The notes: generated by a model from the letters alone, not told the origin. Shown: positions 1 through 13,477, numbered from the stretch's first letter. The stretch: DNA of 64,000 bases from Octopus vulgaris (GCA_951406725.2 OX597834.1:28644001-28708000); one strand, 5' to 3'. Translations and numbers: made by a program.

Positions 1-196
1 AAAACAATGTACATGATAACACTTGCAATCAGTTAAGATCAGAAGCCATGAGAGCCACTATCTGGTACTGCATCAGGGCAGTTATCATCATCATCATCAT
101 CATCATCATATTTTAATTCCGTTTCCTTTTCTTGCTAAGTGCCTTCTTGACACCTAGAGCAGAGACACGCACTGCATACATTAGTACGACATTAAA

Positions 197-483
<287 letters not shown>

Positions 484-722
484 CTATGTTTGACTTTTGC
501 TTTGTATTTGTACAAGTTGGCTCCAAGTCTCACCCAGAGACCTCAAGAGACAACAGGTTGAAAGTTCATGTTGTTGTTATGCCTAGTGTGCCATATATTT
601 TGGGGTTTTTTTGGTGTTGTACTAGTGAATGTCCCCAAAAAAAACGAAAATAATGTTTGTTTTAAACCCTGAGATTACATAGAAAGTATTTTGCGTAGGA
701 TATGAGCAGTTCCCATGAGCAC
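484..722 (-). mobile_element. 3' end of a Dong/R4-like (RLE-type) non-LTR retrotransposon
   Basis: Reverse complement of the 2270-2490 element (MGTAHILRKILSM* plus 3' UTR), ending in an (AAT)n tail. Confidence 0.75.
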
Positions 723-726
723 TATC

Positions 727-777
<51 letters not shown>

Positions 778-1185
778 CATCATCATCATCATCATCTAAT
801 ATTTTATCTAATAAACAAAGCAAATGTTTCGCCTGTCAGTCAGTTGGTACTTCACCGTCCTATCTTCTCAGCGTGTGAACATATCGACGACGTGTACCTA
901 TTGGCTTTCTTTTATAAGACAATTGGTTTGTCATAGAAAGTTCCCGTCCAGTTGTGAGTATTTCATCAATGAGGTCACCAATTTCTTGGAAAAGTTTCTG
1001 ATAAATTAATTGATTGTTCAAGTGATTAATTTGTTAATTACAATAAGTAGTACACCAATAGCAATAATAATAAACCTTTCTACTCTAGACTCAAGACAGT
1101 ATTTAGACTCAGAACGTAATACCAGAAAGAAATGCCTCTAAGCAATTCTTGTAGCGTGCTTACGATGTTACCGGCTTGTTGCCTT

Positions 1186-1186
1186 A

Positions 1187-1224
<38 letters not shown>

Positions 1225-1478
1225 GATGATGATGATGATGATGATGACGACGATGACGACGATGACGATGATGACGATGATGATGATGATGACGATGACG
1301 ACGACGACGATGACGATGATGATGACGATGATGACGATGATGACGATGATGATGATGATGACGATGATGATGATGACGATGATGACGATGACGATGATGA
1401 TGACGATGACGATGATGATGACGATGACGATGATGATGATGATGACGATGATGATGACGATGATGATGATGATGATGA
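1186..1478. repeat. (AAT)n/(GAT/GAC)n compound microsatellite
   Basis: Direct reading; it produces the poly-D/poly-S/poly-M artefact ORFs. Confidence 0.95.
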
Positions 1479-2010
1479 TTCTTTGCAACAAGTGTGGACT
1501 TGACAGAGCAAAAAGTGGTACGAACATAAACCCGAAGGCATCATCGAAAATGATAATGCAAAGATCCTATGGGATTTTATGATTCAGTGCGACCATGAAA
1601 TAGAGAATAGGAAACCAGATATAGTTTTAATTGAGAAAGTAAGTAAACGATGCTGGATCATAGACATAGCATGCCCAGCTGACAACAAGGTATGTGATAA
1701 GGAAGAAAGAAAATTCGATATGTATAACAGGTTAGCTTGGGTGGTTAATCAGTTTTGGTCAATGAAAAAGGTGGTAGTAGTACTAATAATTGTCGGAGCC
1801 CTGGGATCAGTGAGTAAAAATCTTTAGAAGTACATGGAACAAACAGGGGCTGCAATAAGGGCGGAGCACTTGCAGAAAACAGCACTGCTTAGACCCGCTC
1901 GAATACTCCGGCTGGTGCTCGAAAAATAAGGAGTGTCACATTAGTTCACCGGTAGTGAACAGCTGACACCGTAGTACATCTCCAGCGTTAGAAGTTGTGA
2001 AAAGACAATA
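1479..2010 (+). mobile_element. Dong/R4-clade non-LTR retrotransposon, decayed C-terminal restriction-like endonuclease and 3' UTR
   Basis: Frameshifted translation WYEHKPEGIIENDNAKILWDFMIQCDHEIENRKPDIVLIEK...IIDIACP...IVGALGSVSKNL...LQKTALL..ARILR matches the RLE PD-(D/E)xK region; followed by an (AAT)n tail. Confidence 0.85.
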
Positions 2011-2047
2011 AATAATAATAACAATAATATTGATAGTAATAATAATG

Positions 2048-2111
<64 letters not shown>

Positions 2112-2132
2112 CAACAACAATAATAATAATAA

Positions 2133-2484
2133 TCAGCAAAATGTGGAACCCGAAGACTAAAACAATACCTGTTGTCATAGGTGCCCTGGGAATGATAGCG
2201 AAAGGGGCTAATTGCTACCTAACTCAGATACCAGGAAACCCCAAAATGGCAGAAATTCAAAAGATAGTGCTCATGGGAACTGCTCATATCCTACGCAAAA
2301 TATTTTCTATGTAATCTCAAGGTTTAAAACAAACATTATTTATTTTTTTTTATTAGACATTCACTAGTACAACACCAAAAAACCCCCCCAAATATATGGC
2401 ACACTAGGCAACCTGTTGTCTCTTGAGGTCTCTGGGTGAGACTTGGAGCTAACTTGTACAAATATAAAGCAAAATTCAAACATA

Positions 2485-2490
<6 letters not shown>
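2133..2490 (+). mobile_element. 5'-truncated Dong/R4-like element 3' end
   Basis: ISKMWNPKTKTIPVVIGALG...IQKIVLMGTAHILRKIFSM*, flanked by (AAT)n on both sides. Confidence 0.8.
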
Positions 2491-2536
<46 letters not shown>

Positions 2537-2724
2537 TAAAACACCAGGATTTACAAACACATATAACATACAGAAAATTGCACTACTAGGCACTGCACAC
2601 ATCCTACGCAGAACACTTTCCATACAATAACCATCAGAGCATCACAACAAATCACAGCACATACCCAAGGCACACACAGCTGCGCTCGGTAGTGAAGTGA
2701 AAGCACGCTATAAAAATAAAACTA

Positions 2725-2730
<6 letters not shown>
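2537..2730 (+). mobile_element. 5'-truncated Dong/R4-like 3' end (second family)
   Basis: KTPGFTNTYNIQKIALLGTAHILRRTLSIQ* plus UTR inside (AAT)n; near-identical copy at 3385-3575. Confidence 0.8.
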
Positions 2731-3643
<913 letters not shown>

Positions 3644-4067
3644 CCTTTCTACTATAGATACAAGGTCTGAAATTTTGAGGGAGAGGGATATACACATGAA
3701 CACAGACATACGGGACTGGTGCAAAACGAAACCTAAACGTGAACCTATACTCAATTTGTGATGGTGTACTGATGTATGCACAGAGAGTAGTGATACCCGA
3801 AACACTACAAAAGAAAAAATGTTGAGGGAATTCCATGTTGGACATCCTTGCATTTCGAGGATGAAAACTTTAATGCATAGCTACGTGTACTGGCCAAATA
3901 TAGGAGCACTCCGTCGGTTGCGACGATGAGGGTCCCAGCTGATACGATCAACGGAACAGCTTGCACGCAGTGGGACTGAACCCAGAACCCAGCTACTTAC
4001 CACACAGCCACTCCTACGCTTACCAATTTCTGGCCATTTCGAAAAACTATCCCCTACCACTAAGTAG

Positions 4068-4464
4068 TGATGGATGATGGAAGCACTCCGTCGGTTACGA
4101 CGACGAGGGTTCCGGTTGATCCGAATCAACGGAACAGCCTGCTCGTGAAATTAACGTGTAAGTGGCTGAGCACTCCACAGACACGTGTACCCTTAACGTA
4201 GTTCTCGAGGAGATTCAGCGTGACACACAGAATGTGACAAGGCTGGCCCTTTGAAATACAGGTACAAGAGAAACAGGAAGAAAGAGCGAGAGAAAGTTTT
4301 GGTGAAAGAGTACAGCAGGGTACACCACCACCACCTGCCGGAGCCTCGTGGAGCTTTAGGTGTTTTCGCTCAATAAACACTCACAATGCCCGGTCTGGGA
4401 ATCGAAACCGCGATCCTCCGACCGCGAGTCCGCTGCCCTAACCACTGGGCCATTGCGCCTCCAC
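4068..4464 (-). mobile_element. tRNA-derived SINE, family A
   Basis: A-box TGGCCCAGTGG and B-box GGTTTCGATTCC head. Part of composite insertion 3899-4464 with TSD GTACTGGCCAAA (3887-3898 / 4465-4476). Confidence 0.9.
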
Positions 4465-4641
4465 GTACTGGCCAAAAATGGATAGAGAAATCGAAAATCT
4501 ATTGAAAGTCTGTAGAAGACGTGTTCTAGCAGCAAAATTACCGACGATAAACAGTGAACCTTGGCCAAAAGTAGATGTTCCGTGGTCGAGACTATGCATC
4601 GATATCGCTGGCCCTTCAAACAGTTCATACTACTTAGTGGT

Positions 4642-4994
4642 GTGGAGGCGCAATGGCCCAGTGGTTAGGGCAGCGGACTCGCGGTCATAGGATCGCGGTT
4701 TCGATTCCCAGACCGGGCGTTGTAAGTGTTTATTGAGCGAAAACACCTAAAAGCTCCACGAGGCTCCGGCAGGGGATGGTGGTGATCCCTGCTGTACTCT
4801 TTCACCACAACTTTCTCTCACTCTTACTTCCTGTTTCTGTTGTACCTGTATTTCAAAGGGCCTACGTTAAGGGTACACGTGTCTGTGGAGTGCTCAGCCA
4901 CTTACACGTTAATTTCACGAGCAGGCTGTTCCGTTGATTCGGATCAACCGGAACCCTCGTCGTCGTAACCGACGGAGTGCTTCCATCATCCATC
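4642..4994 (+). mobile_element. tRNA-derived SINE, family A
   Basis: Pol III A/B boxes; 13-bp TSD ACTACTTAGTGGT at 4629-4641 and 4995-5007. Confidence 0.92.
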
Positions 4995-5079
4995 ACTACT
5001 TAGTGGTAGGGGATAGTTTTTCGAAATGGCCAGAAATTGGTAAGTGTAAAAAAACTAACCTCCTCAACTAATCTCCTCA

Positions 5080-5478
5080 AGGCGTAGGAGTGGCTGTGTG
5101 GTAAGTAGCTGGGTTCTGGGTTCAGTCCCACTGCGTGGCACCTTGGGCAAGTGTCTTCTACTATAGCCTCGTGCCGACCAAAGCCTTGTGGGTGAATTTG
5201 GTAGACGGAAACTGAAAGAAGCCTGTCGTATATATGTATATATATATATGTATGTGTGTGTATATGTTTCTGTGTTTGTGCTTGTCTCCCCAACATCGCT
5301 TGACAACCGATGCTGGTGTGTTTACGTCCCCGTAACTTAGCGGTTCGGATAAAGAGACCGATAGAATAAGTACTAGGCTTACAAAGAATAAGTCCTGGGA
5401 TCGATTTGCTCGACTAAAGGCGGTGCTCCAGCATGGCCGCAGTCAAATGACTGAAACAAGTAAAAGAATAAAAGAATA
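5080..5478 (+). mobile_element. tRNA-derived SINE, family C (internal TA/TG microsatellite)
   Basis: Head GGCGTAGGAGTGGCTGTGTGGTAAG..GGGTTCAGTCCC, tail ..CAAATGACTGAAACAAGTAAAAG; many copies in the window. Confidence 0.9.
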
Positions 5479-5721
5479 ACTGCGACAAATTTTGTACCTG
5501 AGCTGATTGCGAGATTTGGCATTCCAGACAATGGAATGCAATTTGTGTTTTTTTAAAAAAAGTTTTCTAAAACGTTCGCTGTAGAAAATAACTAGTGCGC
5601 CATACCATCCCAGATCTAACGGACGAGTGGAATGCTTTGTTGATACGTTCAAGAGTCCTAAATAAGTCGAATAAGGAAGTCATGGATGAGGTAGCTCTAC
5701 AACAATTCTTAAGAGTATACC

Positions 5722-6505
5722 TATTTCTTTATTACCCACAAGGGGCTAAACACAGAGGGGACAAACAAGGACAGACATAGGTATTAAGTCGATTACATCG
5801 ACCCCCAGTGCGTAACTGGTACTTAATTTATCGACCCCGAAAGGATGAAAGGCAAAGTCGACTTCGGCGGAATTTGAACTCACAACGTAACGGCAGACGA
5901 AATACCTATTTCTTTATTACCCACAAGGGGCTAAACATAGAGGGGACAAACAAGGACAGACAAACGGATTAAGTCGATTACATTGACCCCAGTGCGAAAC
6001 TGGTACTTAATTTATCGACCCCGAAAGGATGAAAGGCAAAGTCGACCTCGGCGGAATTTGAACTCACAACGTAACGCAGACGAAATACCTATTTCTTTAT
6101 TACCCACAAGGTGCTAAACACAGAGGGGACAAACAAGGACAGACATAGGTATTAAGTCGATTACATCGACCCCAGTGCGTAACTGGTACTTAATTTATCG
6201 ACCCCGAAAGGATGAAAGGCAAAGTCGACCTCGGCGGAATTTGAACTCACAACGTAACGCAGACGAAATACCTATTTCTTTATTACCCACAAGGGGCTAA
6301 ACATAGAGGAGACAAACAAGGACAGACATAGGTATTAAGTCGATTACATCGACCCCAGTGCGTAACTGGTACTTAAATTATCGACCCCGAAAGGATGAAA
6401 GGCAAAGTCGACCTCGCCGGAATTTGAACTCACAACGTAACGCAGACGAAATACCGCTAAGCATTTCGCCCGGCGTGCTAACGTTTCTGCCAGCTCGTCG
6501 CCTTG
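5722..6505 (-). mobile_element. SINE family B, head-to-tail tetramer (one head, four ~185-bp bodies)
   Basis: Four repeats containing GCCTTTCATCCTTTCGGGGTCGATAA; one flanking TSD ATTCTTAAGAGTATACC. Confidence 0.9.
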
Positions 6506-7480
6506 ATTCTTAAGAGTATACCGTGTGACACCAAATCCAAACACACCAGCAGGTATATCACCATCCGAACTGATGTTTGCGAGAAAAATAAAATCAGTCT
6601 TCGACGAACTGCTGCTCAGCAGGAAAATAAAAATTACAAGGGAAAATACAGCAAGATTTTTCAAAATTGGTGAAACGGTATTTGTGAGATATAAGAACGG
6701 AGAACAGAGTTGGGAAGATGGCGCGATTACTAAACGCATAGGAATAATGCTATACTTGGTAAAAAGTAGAAAACGCGTATATAAGAGACATATGAACCAA
6801 CTGAAAAAAAGATTCGTTGAGAGCGAACCCATGAGAATAGAAAAAACCAATGGAATGATTATATGATACTTTTCAAGTACCAACGCCACTACAGGTGATT
6901 GAACCCATGTGCACAAGCCTAAGAAAAAGAAAATGTACGGAGTTCCTGGAAGTAGATGACAAACGGAAAATATGTTTAATGTGTAACTAAGAAAAAAAAA
7001 CTCAAAAAAAGGGAGGTGGAATGATGCAAAAATTATTGCTATTACTAAAAAAAAATGACACTGCCTAGGAAAAAGAAAGAAAAACTTAAAGGGCAGATGT
7101 TCCAGGGATAATAGTAGCAATGGTATACCACTTCCATGTGTCAAGTGGTATGTGGTAGTCGCTATAAATAATGTGACGACGATCAGTGTCAGGAAAAAGT
7201 ACGAAGTAGACGGTCATAGTCGTGTTCTTACTTGTCTAACTAACTATACTGCTATAACTTAGTGGGCGTTTTAACAGTCCGACACTAAGAATTATAACAC
7301 ACATGCATACATACATACATACGCATACATATACACATATATACATACATACATGCATACATACATGGATGCATACATACATGCATACATACATGTATGC
7401 ATGTATGTATGCATACGTGTATGCATGCAGTGAAAATCTGTTAGACATTTGAAATATTTCCCATTTGATAAATAAAGCGG

Positions 7481-7482
7481 CT

Positions 7483-7540
<58 letters not shown>

Positions 7541-7602
7541 CAACAGCTGCAGCAGCGGTAGTAGTAGTAGTAGTAGTAGTAGTAGCAACAGCTGCAGCAG
7601 CG

Positions 7603-7635
<33 letters not shown>

Positions 7636-7705
7636 TCAGTAGTAGTAGTAGTAGCAGCAGTAGTAGTAGTAGCAGCAACAGCTGCAGCAGCGGTTGTAGT
7701 AGTAA

Positions 7706-7742
<37 letters not shown>

Positions 7743-7860
7743 TGTAGTAGTAGTAGTAGTAGTAGTGATAGCGGGGTTGATCGTGCTGATTGCAGTAATG
7801 GTGGTGGTGGTGGTGGTTATTGTGGTACTTGTGGTGGTGGTGGTTGTGGTGGTGGCGCTG
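7481..7860. repeat. (GCA)n/(GTA)n/(GTG)n compound trinucleotide repeat
   Basis: Direct reading. Confidence 0.9.
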
Positions 7861-7929
7861 GCTGTAGCGGCGGTGAGTGGGTAGGCGGCGGTGTTCGTAA
7901 ACACTGGCCTAGCATTCTAGCAGCGCTCC

Positions 7930-8110
7930 ATTAGCTTTCCTGGAAGCAAGCTTGCAGCTGCAGCGTTGTTGTCAATCACGTGATTTACATTGACCAATAA
8001 GGAAAAGAAGCTCCCCTAGAAACTTGCATACGTGCATTTGGTATCTTGCAGGGTCTGTTTCATGAAATCTGTACCTTGCCCCCCCTCGGCGGGGCGGGTG
8101 GGTGGGTGTA
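7930..8110. promoter_or_regulatory. Candidate promoter/enhancer motif cluster (GAS-like, E-box, CCAAT, GC box)
   Basis: TTCCTGGAA 7937-7945, CACGTG 7977-7982, CCAAT 7994-7998 and GGGGCGGG 8091-8098 lie in a unique, CpG-containing island; no linked gene identified. Confidence 0.35.
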
Positions 8111-8257
8111 CGGATTAGCTAAATTTGATAAGAAACAATGAATATCAACGAAATTGATAAAGAACAAAAGAATCGATGATATTACATTGACAGAGTTTGG
8201 TTATTGAACCATTGAGTAAGCCATATAAACAGCCGGTGTGTGGCGTAGGGGGGAGCA

Positions 8258-8440
8258 ACACATACACACACATATACACACACACATACACACACACATA
8301 CACACACGCATACACACACATACACACACACACATACACACACACATACACACACACACACACACACATACACACACACATACACACACACATACACACA
8401 CACATATACACACACATACACACACACATACACACACACT

Positions 8441-8483
<43 letters not shown>

Positions 8484-8668
8484 ACACATACATACACACA
8501 CACATACACACACATACACACACATACACACACATACACACATACACACACACATACACATACACACACACATACACACACACATGCACACACATACACA
8601 CACACATACACACACATACACACACACATACACACACACACATACACACACACACATACACACACACG
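8258..8668. repeat. (CA)n/(CATA) microsatellite
   Basis: Direct reading. Confidence 0.95.
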
Positions 8669-9126
8669 CGCAGACTTATGCGCTTAAACAACCGGGTTCA
8701 CTGTTTGACGTAGTCCTCCATACACATAAAAATACAGGGTGGGCATGGTCAGATTGTCTTTGATTAGATCTTCGATTATTCAGAGTTGACCTGGGGGTTG
8801 GGGATTAAACAACACTACAACCACCACCACTACCACCGTCAAATGTAAATAATGTACTACCACCTCAACAATTACCACTGCCATCACTACTATCACCACC
8901 ACCACCACCACTACCACCCCGACAACAACAACAATCGCAACCACTTTCATCCTCACCACCACCGAGCGAAAGTGAAAATCTCTTTGCAGTCACGGCGGCT
9001 GCTAGAAATAACAGCCAAACCCCCATGAAGTCACACCATACTTAAAAAGTAAGAAACAAGAAAATATTGAATAGTATACTGATCCTAGATCAAGAGTCAA
9101 TATTGACTCCTGCGTGTCTATATTGG

Positions 9127-9499
9127 TGGAAGCACTCCGTCGGTTATAACGACGAGGGTTCCAGTTGATCCGAATCAACGGAACAGCCTGCTCGTGAAAT
9201 TAACGTGTAAGTGGCTGAGCACTCCACAGACACGTGTCCCTTAACGTAGTTCTCGGGGATATTCAGCGTGACACAGAGAGTGACAAGGCCGGCCCTTTGA
9301 AATACAGGTACAACAGAAACAGGAAGTAAGAGTGAGAGAAAGTTGTGGTGAAAGAGTACAGCAGGGATCACCACCATCCCCTGCCGGAGCCTCATGTAGC
9401 TTTAGGTGTTTTCGCTCAATAAACACTCACAACGCCCGGTCTGGGAATCGAAACCGCAATCCTTTGACCGCGAGTCCGCTGCCCTAACCACTGAGCCAT
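9127..9499 (-). mobile_element. SINE family A
   Basis: Aligns by eye to 4642-4994. Confidence 0.9.
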
Positions 9500-10011
9500 G
9501 GCTATCCAAGGATCAATAGTCAGTCTATATCAATATCAATATCACTAAATTTTTTATTGTTCTTTATTAATTTCGTTACCATTTTCATTAAATTACTCTA
9601 AATATATTTTTTTCTAATTAAAAAACGATAGCAACAAAAAAGAGTGAAGGGATTGTTGATTTTAAATCAAGAAACTTATTTGCTAATTAATACTTTTTAA
9701 TTGCATTTTAAGAATTTACATGACAGGCAGAATTCTTAGATCAGTGGACGAAAAAATGCTTTTTCGGTATTTGTTCTGACTCTACGATTCAAGGTTCAAA
9801 TCACATCGAGATTAAATTGCCTTATCTTTGCATTATCTTTTCAAGGCGGTGTCCCAGCAGGGCTGCAGTCTAATAAGGAAGACAAGTAAAAAGAAAAATA
9901 AATTGAGTGTCAAAAAGTTATCAACGATTCCATGAATGAGGTCGATGATATAAGAAATTTGTTGTCCCCCTTCACTAACTGGTCGCTAGATTTGTTAAAA
10001 ATAGATTTTTT

Positions 10012-10246
10012 AAAGGCGGCGAGCTGGCAGAAACGTTAGCACGTCGGGCGAAATGCTTAGAGATATTTTGTCTGCCGCCACGTTTTGAGTTCAAATTCCG
10101 CCGAGGACGACTTTGCCTCTCATCCTTTCGGGGTCGAAAAATTAAGTACCAATTACGTACTGGGGTCGATGTAATCGACTTAATCCCTTTGTCTGTCCTT
10201 GTTTGTCCTCTCTGTGTTTAGACCCTTGTGGGCAATAAAGAAATAA
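10012..10246 (+). mobile_element. SINE family B monomer
   Basis: AAGGCGGCGAGCTGGCAGAA head, GAGTTCAAATTCC B-box, AATAAAGAAATA end. Confidence 0.9.
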
Positions 10247-10477
10247 GGAGGTAGCAATGTGGTCAGTATTGAATCCTGTACGTGTATGTGGCTATCCAAG
10301 GAGTCGATATCACGACCATATCAAGATAAAACCACTGAATTTATTGTTTTTTTTTGTTGCTTGTATGTTTGAATGATTTTCTTTGAGTTCTTGCAAGAGT
10401 TCAAGCTAGTTGCTAACGAAGCTAACATGACTTTTTGAGTTGAGAGTGTTCCTATCTTTGTAAATATATATATTATA

Positions 10478-10728
10478 TGTTTCAGTCATTTGACTGCGGC
10501 CATGCTGGAGCACCGACTTTAATCGACCAAATCGACCCCAGGACTTATTCTTTGTAAGCCTAGTACTTATTCTATCGTTCTCTTTTACCGATCCGCTAAC
10601 TTACGGGGACGTAAACACACCAGCATCGGTTGTCAAGCGATGTTGGGGGACAAACAAACACACACAAACATATACACACACACATGCATATTTATATATA
10701 TATACACACACAAACACACACACACACG

Positions 10729-10784
<56 letters not shown>

Positions 10785-10812
10785 CACATATATATATACA
10801 TACATACATACA

Positions 10813-10846
<34 letters not shown>

Positions 10847-11000
10847 CGACGGGCTTCTTTCAGTTTCCGTCTACCAAATCCACTCACAAGGCTTTGGTCG
10901 ACCCGAGGCTATAGTAGAAGATACTTGCTCAAAGTGCCACGCAGTGGGACTGAACCCGGAACCATGTGGTTGGTAAGCAAGCTATTTACCACACAGCCAC
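10478..11000 (-). mobile_element. SINE family C with expanded internal microsatellite
   Basis: Reverse complement of the 5080-5478 family. Confidence 0.88.
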
Positions 11001-11317
11001 GAACTGTCGATGCATAAACCTAGGTATCTGCATCTATTCACAAAAGAAATTCACGTGGAGAATTTTTGAAATGTCTTACAAATCTTCACTGTGCCACTAA
11101 TAGGTTAGATATGTAGAATCCGTATCAGTTTCTTTTGCGCCTTCTGCTTGGAGCTTCAAATAACGTTTGCAATGTTTCCAATGTCTCCATTCGGTACACA
11201 GGCCATTCGCCCCTCTCACAGAACCTATTACACATGGTGTGGACCCATATTATTTGTTTTCATGTGTATACTGTACATCTATACATCTATATATACATAT
11301 ACGTACATGTATGTATC

Positions 11318-12155
11318 TACGAGGTTGTCAAAAATTATTTGATCTCTTGTTGCTGTACTTAATTAAAATAAAAGCAGAGTTGAAGAATTACATCATTCTT
11401 CAACAGAGTCTCCTTGCTTTTCGGTGTACTTCTTCCAGCAGTTCAACAGACTTGCTTATTCTATCGGAGAAGAAGGTTTACGTCTGGCCGTGCAGCCATT
11501 TATGCACTGCTTCCTGCACATCTTCGTCTGTAACAAATCGACGACTTCGTAAAGGATGTTTAATCGTTCAAAAGACATGATAGTCGGAAGGAGGAAGATC
11601 TGGACTGTATGCAGGGTGACTTAGCAACACAGAACCCAATTTTTCAATGGTTTCAATGATATGAGCGGCTGTATGTGGGTGTGCCTTGTCGTACAACAAT
11701 AACATTTACTTATCAGATCTCGGCGTTGGGTGCGAATTGCACTGGTGACTGTAAGACTCCTTTTTCGGTATAAGCCCTTTTGAACCCAAAAAACGTTTAG
11801 CGTCACATTTTCTTTGGAAGATTGAGTATTGAATTTCTGTTTCGACGGCGATTCTGAATATTTTCATTCCATACACTGCTTTTAAGATTCTGGATCAAAG
11901 TAATAGATTCATGCCTCATCTTCTGTGACTATTCTCTTCAGACAAGCTGCTTCGTCTTCATCCTTGCAGCGGCCGAGCAAGCGTTGACGGATCTCCTCGC
12001 CATTGCGCTTATGCACTTTGGTAAGCTCTCTTTGCACCTATTTTACACAAACTTTACATAACAAGTGTGTCACCTTTTAGCACGCGAGCGCTGAAGACAG
12101 TGCGGGAAACTAAAAGAATGTTTTAACAATGTTGCGGATAATTTTTAACTTCACT
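11318..12155 (-). mobile_element. Mariner (DD34D) transposon fossil, internally deleted
   Basis: Minus strand gives IVTEDEA*IYYFDPES, LLLYDKAHPH and HPAYSPDLPPSDYHVF; TACGAGG-type terminus. Confidence 0.85.
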
Positions 12156-12181
12156 TTTTATATATACATACACATTACGTA

Positions 12182-12297
<116 letters not shown>

Positions 12298-12302
12298 GTA
12301 TG

Positions 12303-12345
<43 letters not shown>

Positions 12346-12377
12346 TTAAAAAAGGAGATGTGGAACACGAGTTGTGA

Positions 12378-12611
12378 TATATAAAAAAGGAAATGAAGAA
12401 AATGCTGACAAAATAATTTAAGTAATTTAAGTAATTTAATTAGGTGAAGTTCTTTTTACCGGTTGCGCATTTGTTATGCTTATCAAAAGTTTTTTCCTCT
12501 TATCTGATAAGAGGAAAAAACTTGTGATAAGCATAACGAATGCGCAACCGGTAAAAGAACTTTCACCTAATTAAATTACTTAAATTATTTTGTCAGCATT
12601 TTCTTCATTTC

Positions 12612-12620
<9 letters not shown>
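12378..12620. repeat. ~240-bp near-perfect palindrome embedded in (TA)n
   Basis: Arms AAGGAAATGAAGAAAATGCTGAC...CCTCTTATC and GATAAGAGG...GTCAGCATTTTCTTCATTTCCTT; centre ~12506. Confidence 0.9.
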
Positions 12621-12684
<64 letters not shown>

Positions 12685-12964
12685 AGAAATTAAAGGCGTA
12701 GGAGTGGCTGTGTGGTAAGTAGCTTGCTGCCGGAACTTTAAAGTTTCTGTGACCACTATTCTTGTAAAAATATATAATAAATAAACCCGCAAAAACAATT
12801 GAGATATCTTTCGGGTTAATGTGATTTCTTTTTATCATACAGACAAAAATACGCATGCGTACATACATACATACATACATACATACATACACACTTGCAC
12901 ACATACATACATACATACATACATACACACATACATAAATACATACATACATACATACACACAC

Positions 12965-12995
<31 letters not shown>

Positions 12996-13077
12996 TACAT
13001 ACATACATACATACATACACGCATACATACATACATACATACATACATACATACATACATACATACATACCCACACG

Positions 13078-13113
<36 letters not shown>

Positions 13114-13428
13114 TGTATGTATGTATGCGTGTATGTATGTATGTATGTATTTATGTATGTATGTATGTATGTATGTATGTGTGCATGTGTGTATGTATGT
13201 ATGTATGTATGTATGTGTGTATGTATGTATGTATGTATGTATGTATGTGTGCATGTGTGTATGTATGTATGTGTGTGTGTGTATGTATGTATGTGTGTGT
13301 GTATGTATGTATGTATACCCACATGCACACACACACACACACACACACACAGACTATCACACACAAACATTTACGCAGACACATTTTCATACATACATTC
13401 ATACGCACATATATTATTCACATAGCTC

Positions 13429-13477
13429 TGACGTGTTTATTTCACTTTCATTTTCTCTCGCGCCATACCTATATAAA
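13429..13477 (+). promoter_or_regulatory. Promoter of ART-like gene 1: TGACGT (CRE-like), ISRE/IRF-type element, TATA box
   Basis: TGACGT at 13429; TTTCACTTTCATTTTC at 13440-13455 (reverse complement GAAAATGAAAGTGAAA); TATATAAA at 13470-13477; all conserved in copy 2. Confidence 0.65.

Larger units (their letters stand above)
3690..7299 (+). mobile_element. Ty3/Gypsy LTR retrotransposon remnant (integrase region and probable 3' LTR), split by SINE insertions
   Basis: Pieces join into YSICDGVLMYAQRVVIP..REFHVGHPCISRMK..YVYWP / MDREIENLLKVC..PWSRLCIDIAGP..YLVV / DSFSKWPE / ARFGIP..ITSAPYHPRSNGRVE / TPNPNTPAGISPSELMFARKIKS. This is an H2C2 + rve integrase. Purine tract ~7003-7021 is followed by TG...CA (putative LTR 7022-7299). 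Confidence 0.85.

Noticed and set aside
7236-8763. Thr/Ala-rich mucin-like ORF and HT/CV-repeat ORFs
   Set aside because: Pure microsatellite; no signal peptide, splice structure or complex sequence.
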